A stretch of 64,000 nucleotides of DNA, taken from Diadema antillarum (taxonomy: Eukaryota). A program made the position numbers and the translations under genes. Numbering within the stretch: the stretch's first letter is position 1; each line of letters begins with the position of its first letter. Positions 1-14,870 of the stretch are shown here, piece by piece. The stretch spans positions 3,286,001 through 3,350,000 of the forward strand of contig NW_027271040.1 of NCBI RefSeq assembly GCF_040938485.1. The letters run 5' to 3'. The notes below the pieces were generated by a model, which was given only the letters and a program-made list of their open reading frames with translations, did not search any database and was not told the DNA's origin.

Positions 1-2993
1 TTTGCCTAAACATACATGGGGATGTAGTGAAAATTCTAGAACTAATTAGTGAAGTTGGAGTAAACTTGAACTACCCATTTAAAAGTTATACATTTTCAAA
101 GTTTTGTGTAAATCCATGTGCTGTCACTGTTGTATGGAAAGGCCGCTATGGTTCATAATGTACCCGTGTTACAACAACATGGAGTAAATATAAAGAGAAT
201 TCCTCTCATTTGCATTTTTCTAGTATAATGAAAGGACACTCCACATGTACCTCCTTCAGAATGCTTGAAGATTAATAATACCCTCAAAATGTATCAAAAT
301 CAAGTCCAGGAAATATGTACTTTTCCACAAGGAAATACTATGAAATGCCCTTTATATTCTATTTACACTGCTGTACTATCATGATATCATGTATTGTTGT
401 ATAGCCTTCCTATCCAATAATGATGAATTCAACCAAAATTTGCAAAGTTATAACTTCTGAACAGATTATCAAAATTCCCTCATATATACTTCACTGATTA
501 CTTCTTCTTCTTTATTCTTCTCCCTCCTTCTCCTTCTCCTCTTCCTCACCATGTCTTAGAAATGGTTTTTATTATACACATTTCTGTTTACTTTTTCTCT
601 TCTGTTTGTTGCTTTCCTTCAAACTTTAAAATTTCTTTCTTTGATTCTCTTTCCTACTGCTTGATTTAAACAAATCCTCTTAAAATCTCAAATTCTATAA
701 TGTCTTCTAAATATCTACCTACTGTAGAAATGCAAGAAACATCACATTTACTATATGTATCTTGTTACATTGAGTCACAATATAAAGTAAACAAAGGCAG
801 TTCAGCGCAGGTATATCCATCCACAGTGACCACATGAACTGTAGATCAAACAGTGAGTATTAGAGTAAACAATAAGTCACTGTCTTGTAATCTTAGGCAA
901 GAAAAATTCAGCATAAATTTGCTTCTTCTTTTTTTTTTTCTAGATCATGACAAATTCTTAATCACCATACCATTGACCTTTTCACCCTTGGTGAGGGCTG
1001 ACCTGTGACATCACAATAGTTTATTCTTGACCTCAGATTTGGAGATCATTGATACACACTATCATTGCCTCTTGTCATATTGTTTGTCTCTGTGTGTGTG
1101 TCCATGCATCACAACTCTTGGTCTACACATGAGTCACTGATACAGTAGGCTGCATGAATCTGTGGTTACCTGGTGATTTCTGTCTCCAGTGGGTGTGGTC
1201 GGATTGGGCACCAGATGAAAGGGTTTTCCCCTATTCTGTCATGCATGTGAGTCATATGGTTACTGGGAAGTGCAGCTATATAGGAGTACAAACTGCTTTC
1301 TTGTTTCCTGGTTTGCACATGAACAGCTGAATAGATGCCTTGTAACATCCATTGCACCTGTTACACTAACTTTTCCTGAAAATGTGTTAATCTTTTTTTT
1401 TTCTAAACCAAACAGAGAAATGAAGATGGTATGAGTGGTTACAGCGTATGAGAGAATTCGTGCAGCACTTCAACAGGTTATCATTACAAACATGCCTGAA
1501 GGATGACCATGTTTACTTTCATCACAGATATATAGAGATTTATATATCTTTTCATGGAGCAATTCATGATATCAATTTTTATGTTGCAGAAGTCATTCAT
1601 TTAGAATCAACTTTGGTTCTACAAATATAGGCCTACATAAAAACAACAGAAAATAGCTATTTCCTCTAGACAATGCATGATATTGTCCATACAAAACCAT
1701 TTTACCAACTTAAATAGCATCAAAAGAGAGATACACTATCAAAGTGACTCTTACAAAAGTATGACTAGTGCTCAAACAATACCACACAGACTGTACTATA
1801 CACCGCACAAAGCTTGGATAATATGCCATTATTACCATTCTGCCGCATACATCCAAGGGGCTGAATAGTGTGGTGAAATGCATGAATGGCGTGATGCCTC
1901 ACTATAATAGCAAGAGCTGGGCGGGGAAGACTCCACGCATGGGAAATTGGTTTTATTAGAGGTTTTCTCAAGTGAGTAGTCCCCACCGCAATGTTTGCGG
2001 GAAAACCTACATGATTCACAAAAGACGTCTCTTTCCCCTTACTTCCGAAATAAAGAATACTTGTCGGCTAAACAGACTTAATAGCTTGTGCTGACCAAAT
2101 CAATGATGCCGCGCAGGCATGTATGACATCATGCCCTCATAAAAGTACATGATGTCATTTTTAATTTTAGCTTCTGTTGGTGGTAACATGGAAGAGAACA
2201 CTTTAATTGATTGAGGCAGTAAATTCAACCACTTAGCCAAAGTCTCTACCAAAAGCAGGGCGAGGTTGTATACTCACTGCTCTCAAAGCGGAGTTCTATG
2301 CATGATGGTATCTGTTTCTAAACAAAGTTGTTCAATCAAGGTTTCTACCACCCACTTAGATCACTTTGAAGAATGTTTCACGTGCACATTAAGGAACAAA
2401 ATTACCAAATGACGTGAGATAGATCACAGGAAATGTGTTGAATTTTCAATGACGGGAGAGAAAGAGGAAATTGTGGGAGAGAGCAAAATTACAACAATCT
2501 TGTATTTTCCTCGGTAGTTGGTTATGGTTCACACCAACCTTAATTCTGTAGCTTTCATATCATTCAATCTCAGACTTTTGAATTCTGGACTCTGCATCTC
2601 TGCATCCCATATAAAATTGCCTTTTCACCGTGACACAGTAGACTTTTTATGTGGATTCATGTGACTTAACCTCAGGATCACACCAAGTACCATTAAACTC
2701 TGTTCCGTCTTCCTGAAAATTGACTATCAATGACTTTGCACAATGCATTACTTGAGCATGGTTATTTTTACAAACAGGATATCTTTTTCTTTTTGTCCCC
2801 TTTCTAAAATAGTCTTTACAATTCACAAAATGCATAGTGAAAATGAAAATGGAACAATATACTGACTGCTTAGAAACCATGCCATCTATCAGCACACAAG
2901 CTTATACACCTTTATTCACTAAATTTGCACTCTCATTTGAATCAAATACAGTGATCTCACTTCCTGAACATGCCTTTTGATTTGCCTTTCTAA

Positions 2994-2994
<1 letters not shown>

Positions 2995-3024
<30 letters not shown>
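2995..3024. repeat. (CT)n microsatellite
   Basis: Direct reading of a near-perfect TC run; it explains the ERERER stretch in ORF 2902..3120. Confidence 0.95.
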
Positions 3025-3235
3025 GTGCATTTTTTTGTGACATGTAACTAGCACAAAAATAAAAGTGCATGTGAATATTTTTGCTTGTAATAAAACGTAA
3101 CAATATTTTATTTGTTTCATCTCACAGAATTAAAAACACACAAAATTCATTTTACCTAAAAGTGCATGTGAACATTTATTTAAAAAACAACAATTTCCAC
3201 TTTTACAGTAGAGTTTCATCCCTCTGTCCAGGGGT

Positions 3236-3237
3236 GT

Positions 3238-3306
<69 letters not shown>
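3236..3306. repeat. (GTT)n microsatellite, followed by a short (GTTT)n
   Basis: More than 20 consecutive GTT units; it explains the poly-Val in ORF 3081..3365. Confidence 0.97.
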
Positions 3307-3309
<3 letters not shown>

Positions 3310-4854
3310 GTTTGTTTGTTATTCTTCTACAGCATTGTTCACTAGATCATATTAGATTTTATTAGTGTAATAACTTATATTCATTTCTGGTCAGTTTCCA
3401 TCTGTTTGTGTTTGTTACATTAGATTTTGACAGCTATACAAAATACCACGGCAAAAAAAAAAAAACATAAAAGGCACAAGAAGACCTAGATTTTTTTTAT
3501 CACATGAATTGTTCAAATAAACTAGAAACCCTGGACAAAAATCATTTGTCTTTTTGGAGGGGTTAAAAACTCAATAAATGTACAGTGGCACAGTGCACTA
3601 CATAATCCCACTGCACACCAAGTGAGCCGAGGTCACCTCAAGCTCTCATTAAACCAAATAATGGTAAAACTTTCTGACCTCTCTTAGAGGTACTGTTTTA
3701 AACGTTGGGAGCAGTGATTTAAAATATGTTTGAGTTATCATATTTGATGCATATGTGTAGGTCAGTTGTATCACATGACATCCTACCATATAAAAAAAAA
3801 AATTGCAGTAAAGCCTACCATATATGGAGATATCACTATTTTTCTCAATAAACTGCAATTGTAGACAGTTCAGTATACAAACAATTTTATCATAACTATT
3901 GTTCACATTTTGTATATTTAACAATACACTGTACTGACATTGATTATACTGATTAAAATTTTTACATTGGTTGTTTCTATCCCTAACTCACATTTGAGGA
4001 CTCTTTTGAAGAACTAAAGCTGGGTTTTTGGTTCATCTACAAATGGTAAATAATGCCTTTAATCAGGACAGTTTCTCTGATTGGGACAAGGATCTTGCTC
4101 CTAAGTTGTCCCAAAGTCAGTCAGCATTGGTGGCTTTATACTTTCAGAATTACGACCTGTGTTACAATACATCCCTGGGTGCATGAATAGAGAGAGTGTG
4201 TGTGATGTATGTCCTAGAGTGCACAAAGACAGGTTTCGCGCATCGATGCCCACCGTCAACACGAGACAGACATACTGTTGCATATTCATGAATGAGAGTC
4301 GCTAACCAACAGGCGTGAAAACCTATTATTTTTCACGAGCCAAGATCACCAGATCATCCACACAGCATCACCCAGTCTGAATGGCATCATCTTTCACTGC
4401 TCTCAAGGATGTCTTTTTCCCCCGTTCTCCTCCTTCCAGGGCGTCTCTTTCGGGATGGAGAGTTTTGTGGTCTCTGAATAAAAGATGTTGTGGGAGCTTC
4501 ACTCCAGCAGGAGGGTGGGGCATCAAGAGTCATTACCATAGATGACATTGGCTAGATGGCCAGTCGTCCAGCATGAGCATCATCTACAATCCTTTCTTTG
4601 ATCTTTTGTGGGGGTAGTGAACTGTAATGATTGCTTATGTAATCATTGCTTCCAGCCATGTGGTATATGTCTTTCCCATCTCTCTCCCTTTCTTTCTCCC
4701 TCTTTATATCTTTCTACCTTTCTATTTCTTTCTTCCTCTTTCATGGTTTATCTAACCATAACTTCTATTATCTACCTATATCTATCTCAATTAAACAAAT
4801 TATCTATCTACTTATCTATCTATCCACATATCTATCTATTTACCTTTCTATGGT

Positions 4855-5094
4855 CTATCTACCTATATACATCTATCTACCTACATGTGTATCATCTATC
4901 TAATCTATACATCTTTCAATTTCTCTATCTATGTAGCGAGCTGACTACCTATTTATCAATCTTTATAACCATCTACCTATATACATCTATCTACCTACAT
5001 GTGTATCATCTATCTAATCTATACATCTTTCAATTTCTCTATCTATGTAGCGAGCTGACTACCTATTTATCAATCTTTATAACCATCTACCTAT
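4855..5094. repeat. Two-copy 114-bp tandem duplication within a degenerate (TATC)n tract
   Basis: ACCTATATACATCTATCTACCTACATGTG... starts at 4861 and again at 4975 and is identical over the unit. It lies just before the N-gap. Confidence 0.9.
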
Positions 5095-5128
5095 TCATCT
5101 AATACCACCTACCGATTTTCTACCAATT

Positions 5129-5268
5129 NNNNNNNNNNNNNNNNNNNNNNNNNNNNNNNNNNNNNNNNNNNNNNNNNNNNNNNNNNNNNNNNNNNNNNNN
5201 NNNNNNNNNNNNNNNNNNNNNNNNNNNNNNNNNNNNNNNNNNNNNNNNNNNNNNNNNNNNNNNNNNNN
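5129..5268. other. Assembly gap (140 N)
   Basis: Run of N. Confidence 0.99.
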
Positions 5269-8200
5269 TCCAAAATAACATTTTCGTAAAGCTCACATAA
5301 GTATTTTGCTTGTTTTGCTCTGCTGGCATTGTTACGTACAGCTTTTTCATACTTTGCTTCCTTTAATGTATTGTCAATATTGTTCATATTACACTGTTAT
5401 AAATGTGACAAATATGAGAAAATATAAATTGAAACTGAAATTGAAACCAACATCACTGTCTTTACTCAGAGCTTGCTATATTAAGCAAATGATATCAAAC
5501 TGACACAAATAACAGATTACTTTGTGGTTTCACATAAATGTCTGATATACAATCTGTGATACTGGTGACTCTTCCAACATGCATTTCAACTGAATATCAT
5601 TCAACTAATGCATGCAGAGCACTAGTGTAGTACCTCAACCCACGTACCCATTGACCTCATTCACTTGCTTTCTGTTATTTCACTCAAAAGCACTTCTATT
5701 TTTTTGCACTTCCTAGCACTGCAATAACACAGTCATGCCAAGAGTAAACAATGACGTCGCAGTGATGTTACAAAAAAACAGCTTTAAGAAAATATCTGCA
5801 TGACATGCACAACTTTCCCTCCAAGAGATAGTTATAAAATTCTTTAGATGTTCATGTAGCAAAGTTTGTTTTATGGTATATTTAGCTTTCTTCGTAATTG
5901 CACTTTAGAACTTGGAGCTGAAAATTAAAGAGAATCAGCATTTTCTTCAAAAGCTCTGGCCTGGGACACCAAGCTGAGATTGCAGTCATAATGGGGAAAC
6001 AATCCCTTCCCTATATCTCAGCAGGACACCAGCCAGGGAATCATTCAATTTGCCCACCAGTCTCTGATGAAGACATCATCTCCACTCAGCCCCAACATCC
6101 ATTCAATCTCCTCCTCACTCCGTCTCCCCCCTCCGCTCCTCGCGTGTTCCGCCTCTACGTTACGCTATCTCAAACGTGTCAAAAGCGTTCCAAAGAAATT
6201 AGCAGGGAAATTTGAAAGCCACGCTGGGCCAACTGTGGGGGGAAGCCAGGGGAAGTTCCTGCCGGTAGGCAGACAACACCGGCCTCAGCAGCGCTGGACC
6301 AACCAAGCACGTCGAAATGAACTTTGATGCTTGGCGGCGCGCAGCGCTGCGAAGCGCAACGACAATTTCATGATGATGATGATGACCAGATCAAATTAAA
6401 GAGCTCCTTTCTCTTTTGAAACGTAAATGTCTGAAAAGCTCTGGAGATTAAAAACATCCTCTTCCTGATTTTCTCTCTCTCTGCCTCCATCTTTATTTAT
6501 CTATTATCTATCTATTATCTATCTATCTGTCTATCTATCTTAACATCTATCCCACACACAAAGAATGACTTGATTAATGAATTCACCATTAAATCAGCAC
6601 AGACATGCGAGATAAAAAAAAAATAACAATAAATTCTCATAAAACGTTGTAGGGGGCCTACTCCCTGCATTCTATTTCTATGTGCACATTGAATCAGTTA
6701 CCACCATCAGATGAAAGAGCACAGAAAGTGTTCATCACTGATAGATTCATTCTCAAAGGGGAGATGTTACTACTTCCAAATATGTTGAATAAGTGATGAA
6801 CTGCATTCATCATGACTTGAGTCTGGTCACTTCCTGGCAGTGAGGTATAAATAAATGCTATCTCTAGACATAATAAGACAATTTTAAACACTGGTATTAA
6901 ACTTCTCTGAAGAGATCCAGGATCAAGGCTAAGTTTTCAACTCCTTTTGTCTACAATTTGCAAGAGAAAAGTTGAAGTTTCTAAGATATCTTTTTTGATA
7001 TTTTCAACACTGACGTTTCAAACAATGAGCCTAGATCTATCTTTGTTCAAATGAATGGCTAGACAGAAAATTATTGTATTGCTGTACTGAGATATATCTA
7101 CTGTGTCCTTCTTGCCATTAACTAATGATATTAAAAAGCGTAGGAGCATATGTGTCTCCATTTAGAGAATGTTACGACTGAGATAATAATCTTTTGATGA
7201 CTGTTATTTCCCTTTAAGGTACAGAGACAAGAAAACAAGACCAGATAGAAAGGGGAAGTGTGTTGACTCCAAGTACTTGAGTATGCAGTCATTCCCTTTT
7301 TCTAAACATCTGTTCCCCGTAGAAGGCAATTAATTTCATGCATAGCAACAAAGAGGAGTGGGATAAGAGCCAAGAAAGTGGAGTGGAAGCAAGGGGAAGG
7401 AAAAAAAAGATTCACTCAGGAAGTGGGAGGAAAGATGAGGCAAGTAGGGAAGCAATAAAAAAGGGTTTTGGAAGAGGATGCTGCCAACCACTCCCGCTGA
7501 TGTCCTCCAGTTGTGAGATGAGGAGGGGAACCAAGAAGGGTTGGCGGCACTAACTCGTCTCCGCTGTAGCTGCCACCAGCATGAAATGTCACTGCTGAGA
7601 GAGGTTCCCCAGGGTAGGAGTACTGTAAATTGGGGCACTCACATACAAAATAACCAGACGCTATCTCTCTATCTCCCTCAGACATTCTGTTTTTTTACAA
7701 AGACTGTGGGTAGATGAAACAATGCCACTCAGCTCCTAAGCATCTTCACATCATTACTGAAATGCCCGAATTAGGTCTGAATACACTCTTGAACACACTG
7801 CTCTTTCCGAAATTGTCCACTTGACATTGTCATCAATTGTGTTGCATTGCCCCACCAATTATCCACCTGCTATATAATGTGATAGAATTTTGTTTCTGCT
7901 GTTTGGAGTTCAGGCCAAAATATTTAAGGAAGCCAGTTCAGCATCAACCAGCATTTTGCAGGACGATTTCTACAATTCTTGAAGTATGGGCAAGGGAAAG
8001 CTGAAATATTAATGGGGTGCATTTTCAAGCTTTGCTGATGATTACGCAAGGAGGAAAATAGTTATCATGCATGGACAACCAATTGATTAGTACGGACAGT
8101 GTCATGTTGGTAACAACAGATAGAGACAAACCTTATCAGCACATCCATATTGTAGAACCAAAAATATTCCAAATATGAAACTTTCCAAAATTTGAGCGGA

Positions 8201-11200
8201 GTGCCCTTTTTGCAGCATAAAGATTTTGTGAATTGTTACTGGCATTCTATATAATGCGTAGGCAAAAGGTTTCACTTGTATTTTACTTCCGCAAATCTTG
8301 CTCCTCGTGCAATTGGCCAAAGTTTCAGGCATGCAAAAATTTCTGGTTTTACAGTATCCTGCCACAGAACACGTCATTTACATTATGTGACTTGTAAACT
8401 GTCCCAAAAATACAGCGGTGGCAGCTAGGAATTTCGAAATGTTTCCACCTGGCCATGACAGAGACGGCATCCTCTTCATCAACAACCTATGGTGATGATC
8501 TACTTATTTCATTTTCTCCCCTTGCTGCAAATGTACAGCAATGCAGTACATCATCCCCATTAGGAGAGGTGACAATTTACACCGGTCCGGGTGGAGGGGT
8601 GTCAAGTTATCGCCAGGGTCGGGTCGTGTGCCGTCCCACCAGGGAGTTGGTCCTGGGCACAACTTCTTCACCTGACGGACCCAATTACGGGTCTCTCTTC
8701 AGATTTGGTGTCATCAGATTGGAGCGGAACATCCATCATTTGGCTGCCATAATTATAGGCATTAAAGACTCCAACATCCACTCTGTTTTTTTCTTTTTCA
8801 TTTTTCCTTTACCTTCAATTCCTACAAAATGATCTATAGAAGTTATTGAAGTTCAGTAATTGGCACGCTAATGACAATGTCAGATGGGATTGACAGTGTA
8901 TTCTGAGATTGGTGTTGAGAGTTGGTCATAGGAAGGCAAATGCCATTAGCAACCAAATTGGGTAACATACACAAAAAAATGAAGATACACACAGACTGAA
9001 GTTCTATGACTCAAAGTCATTATTTTACAGATCATTTTATCAAAATGGGTGCAGTAAATATGCTGTACTCCTGAATTTCTTTATGTCTTTATAATCCAAC
9101 TGGATGGAATTTTGATATTAGCAAGGACTGACAGAGATAGAAAGTATTTAAATCTTAGAGGTTAAGTTTCTATCACTGACAATAAGCAGATAAAAACATA
9201 CATACATAAATATATATAATAAACGGCAAATTGCAAGTTTGTTTATTTGCTTCTTGTATAAACTATTACTTTATGTTTAAACCACAAATTTGAAGAGAGA
9301 GAAAGAGACTTTCAACAATTTCGGGGGGGGGGGGGGGGGGTGCAAAAACAAAACCAAAGTAAAACCAATGTTTTGATGGTAACAATATGAAGTTGAATGG
9401 TAACAAAGTGGGACATAATGATTATTCTCAGCTGTCTCCACTGTTTAGCATTGGTTGAAGTCTGTGGAGCCCCACTAGAAACTTGCAGCGTTACAGCCAT
9501 TGCAATTATTCAGTTTGGATAATATCCGACCCTCCATACACAAACTGACAGCTAGTCATGGTGGACATTAGTGTGCAGTCATGCGTAAAACAGCATTTTG
9601 AGCTATTCTCTTATCGCCTCGCAGTGTGCAAGCTGACCATCGAGCGATAGAGCTGTACGTGGCACATCGAAGGATCGGATTGGCATGCAGTCTCTCTGCC
9701 ATCACACGCGCATGTTTGTATCAATTATGCAGCCAACCCCATTAGGTGCCATGTGCGCCCCACATTCACCACCAACAATCATTACATGCAATTGGACAAG
9801 AGATATATACATTCCCCATCAAAACGCTTTTGTCAACTGAAGAAAGAGAGAAGAATAGCTACAGGGGGAGAGAGGGAGTGAGAGAGAGGGAGAGAGGAGG
9901 AGGAGGAGGAGGAGGGGACATCAATGCACCCACCTCCGATCCCATACCCCCCTCGATTCTCTTTCAGTCAAAAGGCCACCGGCTGCGACGCACCATGCCG
10001 CACAATTTAATATGATATGCATTAAACATGCAGTCACTGGTCCATAGCTTTGCCATATGTCAGAGCTACGTGCCTGCAACTCTCAGCTACGGATGCAAAC
10101 ACATCCCTGAGACGAAAAAAAAAATGCTACGGATGAGCACAAGTCTCAAAACAAGTAAAAAAAAAGGACAAAATTTTCATTGTCAAATCAATCATCATCA
10201 CCTAACTATATGGTAGTTATATTGATATTATAATTAGATTATCATGGAATAATGTGATATAGAATAATGTAAAACGAAACCAAAGTGCAAATAAAAATTC
10301 AAGTTTTTCACTTATGTGAACGAGTAAGTACCTACAGTCATACTATTTCTTATCTTGACAACTGTCTGAAAATGTGATTGTGAAAGATTCTTGCTGTGAT
10401 ATTTTACTAGTAAAGTGATTAAAAATCCCCTGCTTCAGAGAAATGCAAAACATATTTCAGAAGAAATATATTTCATAAGTACTTAATCTTTCCACTTATA
10501 ATAAGATCATAATGTTTTCTACCTGTTTGTCTATTCACGGAAAAGGAAGACAGCACCGCCCTGGTCTGTTCACCCTTCATTCTGTCTTTTGTACGAATAC
10601 ACACACAGCCTCTTGAAATGTCATAGAAGAGTACATTGTAAATACACCTTGGGTAAAATAAAGTAACTGGTGTATTTTTTTCTCTAGCTCATACAAGTTT
10701 CCATGGTGCTTCATCAATTACACCAATCTATAGGAGCTAAATTTCATCCAAAAGTTCTTGAATAATACAAGTAATGCATCTCTTATTCAGTTACATGTAT
10801 GATCCATACTGACAGTACTCCTAGATAGCTGAAATTATATTTGACTAACTATGGACTGTGTGAAATAAATCTCTTTGTTAATTTCTGGGACTTACATCAG
10901 TCCTTCATGCCATGGGTCACAAAATGCACTCTGCTTCTACCATCCTACCTGTCCATGTCCCTGGATGCAGCATCACCGTCACAGCTGTGTATCCTAGCAA
11001 CAACCCGCATCCCACCACTCCTCCATCAGGGCATCCTAGCAGGAGCAGTGACCTGGGGGATACCTCATCACACGAACATGCTCAAGATCTACCAAAGACC
11101 TGGAGAAGAATAAAAAGATGAAATACAGAAAATAACTTTTAAAAGCACAAAATCAAAAACTTTTCTTAGATGACTCAAGATGAAAAGGACATACTTTGAT

Positions 11201-13340
11201 ACAAATTCATCACACTGTTCTACTTTTTTTTTTAAACGATAATTGACCACATTTAATTGCCTGTTACAAATATTAGCCATCTTTTCAATGAGCATGTCTC
11301 TCTCGGCATTCCAACAGTTTTCCTTGCTAGCATTTTACTTCCTTCTTAAAAATCAGACTTCATTTCAAATCACTCCCTATGGATGTAATCACATTTAACC
11401 CACTTGACTAGATTCTACTATCAGACTGTTGCAGTAGGTGACATATCTATGGACTGACAAGTTTACTGTCAGATACTGCCAACAGTGAATGTCCATGGAT
11501 GAAGGCAAGTACAGCAACACTAGGTCACATCTCATTCAGCTTTCCACTCCTCAGCAGAAAAAATGTCCAGTTTTCAACAGGAAACTAATTCACTTGCTCT
11601 AAATAAATGACTGTCCTGTGCTTCAGCAGTCATAATTACATGTTAGGTGATCATCAACGCACAAACTTAGTCACAGTCTGCACTATACACATAACATTGA
11701 TTTTGCTACAAGTTGATTGAATTTTACAAGGAGAGACATGTGGAAATTGAATTGTCATATTCTCAAATTGATTCTGAGATCATGTAGTTTGTATCTTGAT
11801 TGATATAATTAGAAATCAAAGTAATCATATGAACTCCTGGGTACTATTAACTATTAATCTTGCTGTGATCATATATTTCCCCTGAAATCGACATTTGAAT
11901 GGGATTTATGAGAAATTTAATCAGTATAATTTGCTTATAATGACTTGATACTTTAAACTTTTTTTTTGTTCTCTCTTGTCAATGTCTGGCAGGACAAATA
12001 GGCACCACACATGCATTTCTTCTTTCCCCCCTCACGTTCCTCTCTTTGTAAATACCCCCCCCCCCCCAACTCATCATTTAAACTATTTGCAAGCATATAG
12101 ATTGTGTGCACGGGGGTTGCAACGATTTTCAAGCTTTAAGCTTATGTTGCAATTCCTTTGCGTGTTCGTTACCTTGAATAATGTAGCTCTCTTAGAGTTG
12201 TATACTATTTCTGTAACTGCTTCTTATCAATGTATACTTATCGTATATATTCTGTCTAGGCTATATGAGATGTACTTGCATACATTTTGTATGCACTCCT
12301 ATTTTGTGAACGCGCATGAAATCTTGAATAAATTAAAAAAAAAATAATAATAATGAGGAACATCACATGATAATTGCAATGATAAGAAAAAAGATAATAC
12401 CATGGATTATTTCAAATTATTAAGATGGCACACAAAACAAATAATAAAAATTAAATAGATGACCCAGGTTGTCAAAGCTGATTGTTTAGCCATACATTAT
12501 GTAACATTGTTCAAATGTAAACCATACCAAACTTCAAAGGATACTTCACAATGTGTAATGAATCCATCAACTCAATTACAGAGCTATCAACATAATCAGC
12601 ATCCAGGAAGCCAGTGGGAAATTAGCAGAGAATCAAGACATTTCTCTTTCCTCAACACAGGAAAAGCAGGCCATGTTTTCAATGATGCAACCATTTTTTT
12701 GCCATTAAAACCAATTATGATAATGGCAGTCTCAATGACCCCAATCTTATCACCAGTGATGTGCATGCCACATCTGTTTCAAAATTCTCCTCACTCTCTC
12801 ACACGAGGGCTCAACATTCTGGATGGTGCAGTTTGAAGTCAAAATAAAGAGCAAGTATGTTTATGTACAGCACTGCTTTAACTACGCTCATTCGTATTTA
12901 TCATTTGTCATGACAAGAAAAAAACAGATATGTCGCTAAAAAACAGAAATGCATGTACCTTACTTAGCATTTACAATGAAAAAAAAAAAGAAAGTGATAA
13001 TTTTTTATGATCTCACCAGAAGAGACATAAAATCACGAGGGACCATTTTTTTACATACATTCATTCCGCATTAAAAAGAAAACCAACAACACAAAATAGC
13101 CCACTGAAACTTGGTAAAGCTTAGACATTGATTCCACATTAGAAAGAAAACCAACCACACAAAATTACACACCAAAACTTAATAAAGCTTAGGAACCTGT
13201 GGAAATACCATAGAGCTCACTGTAAATGTGCACAATTCTGTTCTTCCTTGACACAACTTCCCAGTTCAGATGTCAAAACCTAGACGAATTTAACAACAAA
13301 GGCTTTAGTAAATTTTTTATGGGAGTTTAGAATGAAAATG

Positions 13341-13526
13341 TCTTACCCATTGACCTAGTGATTATACTTCTGTACTCTCTTAAGTGACAGCACACAGAAA
13401 CAAAAAGCAAAACTACACAAATAGAAAGAAGTCATCTTACCCATTGTCCTAGTGATTATACTTCTGTACTCTCTTAAGTGACAACACATAGAAACAAAAA
13501 GCAAAACTACACAAATAGACAGAAGT
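13341..13526. repeat. Two-copy 94-bp tandem duplication
   Basis: TCTTACCCATTG(A/T)CCTAGTGATTATACTTCTG... at 13341 and 13435, with few mismatches. Confidence 0.9.
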
Positions 13527-14481
13527 TATCCGACACAGGCAAAACAAAAAGAATTAAATAGATAAATTACAGCTAGACAAAAATCCTGACTTTAAAGTGG
13601 CACTGTCACATGTGTGACTTCAATGGAAACAAAATCAAAGCCTACTACATAGCGAGAGACAGAAATGAATACATAAAACAAATAATGACCATTTCAGAGA
13701 GAGGCGAACAAAAGACATGGAAGCGCAAATTAAGAGCTAGCATAGACTTTACAAATGATGGTTGTAGAAAGCTCTGAATCGGGTTGCTTGTACTCCTAAA
13801 CCTACAAAACCTCTTAATCACCATCATCTGGTAACCTTCCCAAACAAAGTTGGCAAACATGATGCAACGTTGTTGCCGCTGCTGCGGCTTCAGCTTGTGC
13901 CAAAGAAAATGGAGCATATGTTTGCGAAAAAGGTCATGAAAAAAGCCTTGCAAATGCTGCCAGTGTTTTTTAAAAGAGTGAAATTTTTCTCTTAAAGTAA
14001 AATGACAGTCTGTATCAAAATTGACTTGAATAAACAGAGGCTAAACAAATAAACAAAACCACATATTTTTCTAGGAATCAGACAAAACAAGAAACTAATA
14101 GAAATTTGAGGTTGAGCATGTTTTTGTGAGACAGGGGTGTGTGACACAAGTCAAAGAAATTAGACAAGGCTATTTACTTATGATATTTTCATCTTTCTTT
14201 GGAAGTCAAAGAAAATTAATACAAAATAATTTTTGTCCATGATCTACAAACTATAACTTCCATCCACATCCAAACATGGAAAAGAAAGTCAAATTCAATT
14301 GAAATAAATCAATATTATTTTTACCTCATTTTCAAATCCGTAGTCATCAGGTAGGCCAAAATTACTCCCTGTTTCAACTTCATGAAGATGAAAGAAAAGT
14401 CATTGTTCAAATGTTCAAATATCAAAGCATTATGTTGCCCTTTCTAAAAAGGTTGTAATAGGGTAATGGTGACACCTTTAA

Positions 14482-14870
14482 AGGGATGGTAAAGTTCTGG
14501 TTGAGATGGGGATTCAGGTTTTAACTTTTTGTGAGATAATTAAAAACCACTTATATGAAACATTACAGAGTATATTAATCTAAGAGCAATTCAGAGTTTA
14601 TTTGATGAAAATCCAATTTGAAATGGCTGAGATATCCAAAAGCAAATGAAAGGTGAGTCCCACCTTTTATTGGGACATCGTTTCAATTTCAGTTTGTTTG
14701 TTTGTTTGTTTTTTGGATATCTCAGCCATTTCAAAACGGATTTTCATTAAATACAATTTGAATTGCTCTTAGAATAATATACTCTTTAATGTTTCATATA
14801 AGTGGTTTCTATAGCTATCTCACAAAAAGTTAAACTAAATCCCAATCTCAACCAGAACTATACCATCCCT
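14482..14870. mobile_element. Non-autonomous foldback DNA element with TTAA TSD (Kolobok-like termini)
   Basis: TTAA|AGGGATGGTAAAGTTCTGGTTGAGA ... TCTCAACCAGAACTATACCATCCCT|TTAA, with arms complementary for over 150 bp. A TTAA TSD with purine (AG) termini fits Kolobok rather than piggyBac; the superfamily is an inference. Confidence 0.85.

Noticed and set aside
3081-3365. ORF with a long poly-Val run (also the poly-Phe/Cys/Ser ORFs at 40523-40920)
   Set aside because: Translations of microsatellites.
4608-5102. 164-aa hydrophobic ORF
   Set aside because: Translation of the (TATC)n tract and the 114-bp duplication; no domain.
8455-8832. 125-aa GC-richer ORF
   Set aside because: No recognisable motif in any frame on either strand and no convincing splice context; possibly an old repeat. 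A blastx would settle it.
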